Source: Octopus bimaculoides
Lineage: Eukaryota
DNA length: 51,531 nucleotides
Reading direction: 5' to 3'
Assembly: GCF_001194135.2 (NCBI RefSeq)
Contig: NC_068987.1
Coordinates: 63,134,460 to 63,185,990 of the forward strand
A program made the translations under genes and the position numbers. Below, piece by piece: positions 49,991 through 51,531 of the stretch. The notes under the pieces are model-generated. The model was not told the DNA's origin. It made no database searches and saw nothing but the letters and a program-made list of their open reading frames with translations. Each line of letters starts with the position of its first letter. The first letter of the stretch is position 1.

Positions 49991-50739
49991 AATAATAATT
50001 ATAAAAATAAAAATAATAATAATAATAATCTATAAAAAAAAGTGTCAAAGGTCCTTCTTGAGCCAGAGGCTCATAAGGCCTGTTTCCCTTGATTCTGTGG
50101 CATATACATTCCCCTTGGATGGGACACTGGTCTGTTGCAAGATTACTCCTTTCTGTTCTGCCAACTGAGTGGACTGGAGCAACGTACAATGAAGTGTCTT
50201 GCTCAAGAACACATCACCCAGTCCAGGAATCGAAACTAGAATCTTATAATTACGTGTGCAACACTCTAACCACTATGCAACATACTTCCACATACATGCA
50301 CATAGGCAAGCACACACACACACGTGTGTGTGTGTGTGCGTGCGCATGCTTCTCATGCGTATTCTTATACAGTTCTGCATGCAAACATACTCATAATTTG
50401 CTCATGAACACACTTCACACACGCGCACGTGTATATGTATACATACACACTCCCCCACCTTACCTAACTAAACCTTTGAAAACATCTCACCAGGAACAAC
50501 ATCAAATAATTAAATTTACTTGGGTTTTATTCTGTTCTATTTTTGGCTCTGAAATAAATGGATTAGATCCCTTTGTTAAAATGCTTATCTGTATATATAT
50601 ATATATACATACATATGTATGTATGTATGTATGGAAACTATCTTTGAATAAAACTATAAAAATTCATGCTCTTGTTATGCTTTTCATTTCTTTAATGTTC
50701 CTTGTATTGAGTATGTTAATACTAACCTATGTTATGTTT

Positions 50740-51531
50740 CATGCGGATAGCCGCCTCTGAATTAGTTAGACGCTGCGTGCCACGAACGAAACTTCCGGCT
50801 TTTTGGCCGATATATGTGTGAAAAAACAAAACGAACATTACTTTCATAAAATCCTACGAACATATTCCTTAAGCTAAATTGCGTACATTTAGAGTCTAGC
50901 TGATAACGTCGAAGTAATCATTGGTTTTCGAACAAATTAGTTTATGGGACATTTACAAAATTGCAAACGTGTCCTGATAAGGGAGGTAAATATTTAAGGG
51001 AGAGAACTCGACACCGCAATAAAATCCCGAGCGTTTTGGAATTGTGTGCAAGGCGACGGCGATATAATAGTAGGTAATTTGATACCAAATGCTGCGAGAT
51101 GGTGAAATCTTGAGCACGTATATTTGTTCTGGCTCTTTATGTTCTGAGATCGAATCCAGCCTCGGTCAGTTATGCCTTCTATCCCTTTGGAGTTGATAAA
51201 TTAAAGTAACAGTGAAGCGTTGGGATCGATTCAACTTGTTCACGCCCGTAAAAATTTGCTTGTATCGGACCGGCGTCCCTGTAACGAACCGGCGCTGCTT
51301 TCAAGGGGAAAGTTGTGATCTCAGTTACTTAAACGCCATTGAAACCGAGTAACCGTCATTATGAGTTGTAGGAACAAGCAACGTCTCTGTGATTTATTTT
51401 TAATTATCGATATAATCAATTATGTCAACCTCTGTGTTTGACTATTTCCCTCGTCCGAGCATGATGGAAAACGAAGTCGGCGAAGTTCTGGTATAAGCAT
51501 CCCATATAACTCATCATAACATTTTAATTTT
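50740..51531. promoter_or_regulatory. CpG-richer, promoter-like region with ETS site (ACTTCCGG 50791-50798) and DRE-like TATCGATA (51405-51412)
   Basis: Visibly higher CpG density than the rest of the window and no microsatellites; motifs read directly; function inferred. Confidence 0.5.

Noticed and set aside
1-51531. CRISPR arrays, operons, rRNA or phage genes
   Set aside because: None seen; periodic sequences are microsatellites in a spliced eukaryotic locus.

Overview
AT-rich, microsatellite- and SINE-dense animal genomic DNA, probably from an octopus or another coleoid cephalopod (inferred from repeat style only). There is no prokaryotic content. The window holds the 3' part of an exocyst complex component 1 gene (EXOC1/Sec3) on the + strand. 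I assembled 15 GT-AG exons from 2080 to 41059 that splice into one open frame (1512 nt, 503 aa plus stop), including 24-nt and 21-nt microexons; the 5' exons lie upstream of the window. The introns carry tRNA-derived SINEs, RTE-type 3' tails, Penelope-like fragments, a decayed DD37D-type Tc1/mariner element, and piggyBac-, hAT- and pogo-like MITEs, several with readable target-site duplications. The best leads are: (1) an in-frame 60-nt cassette exon candidate in the 18-kb intron, next to long RNA hairpins; (2) an inverted Penelope insertion bracketed by two hammerhead-ribozyme half motifs; (3) a CpG-richer, ETS-motif promoter-like region at about 50.8 kb with a candidate spliced minus-strand short-ORF transcript. 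All homology calls come from recalled motifs, not database searches.
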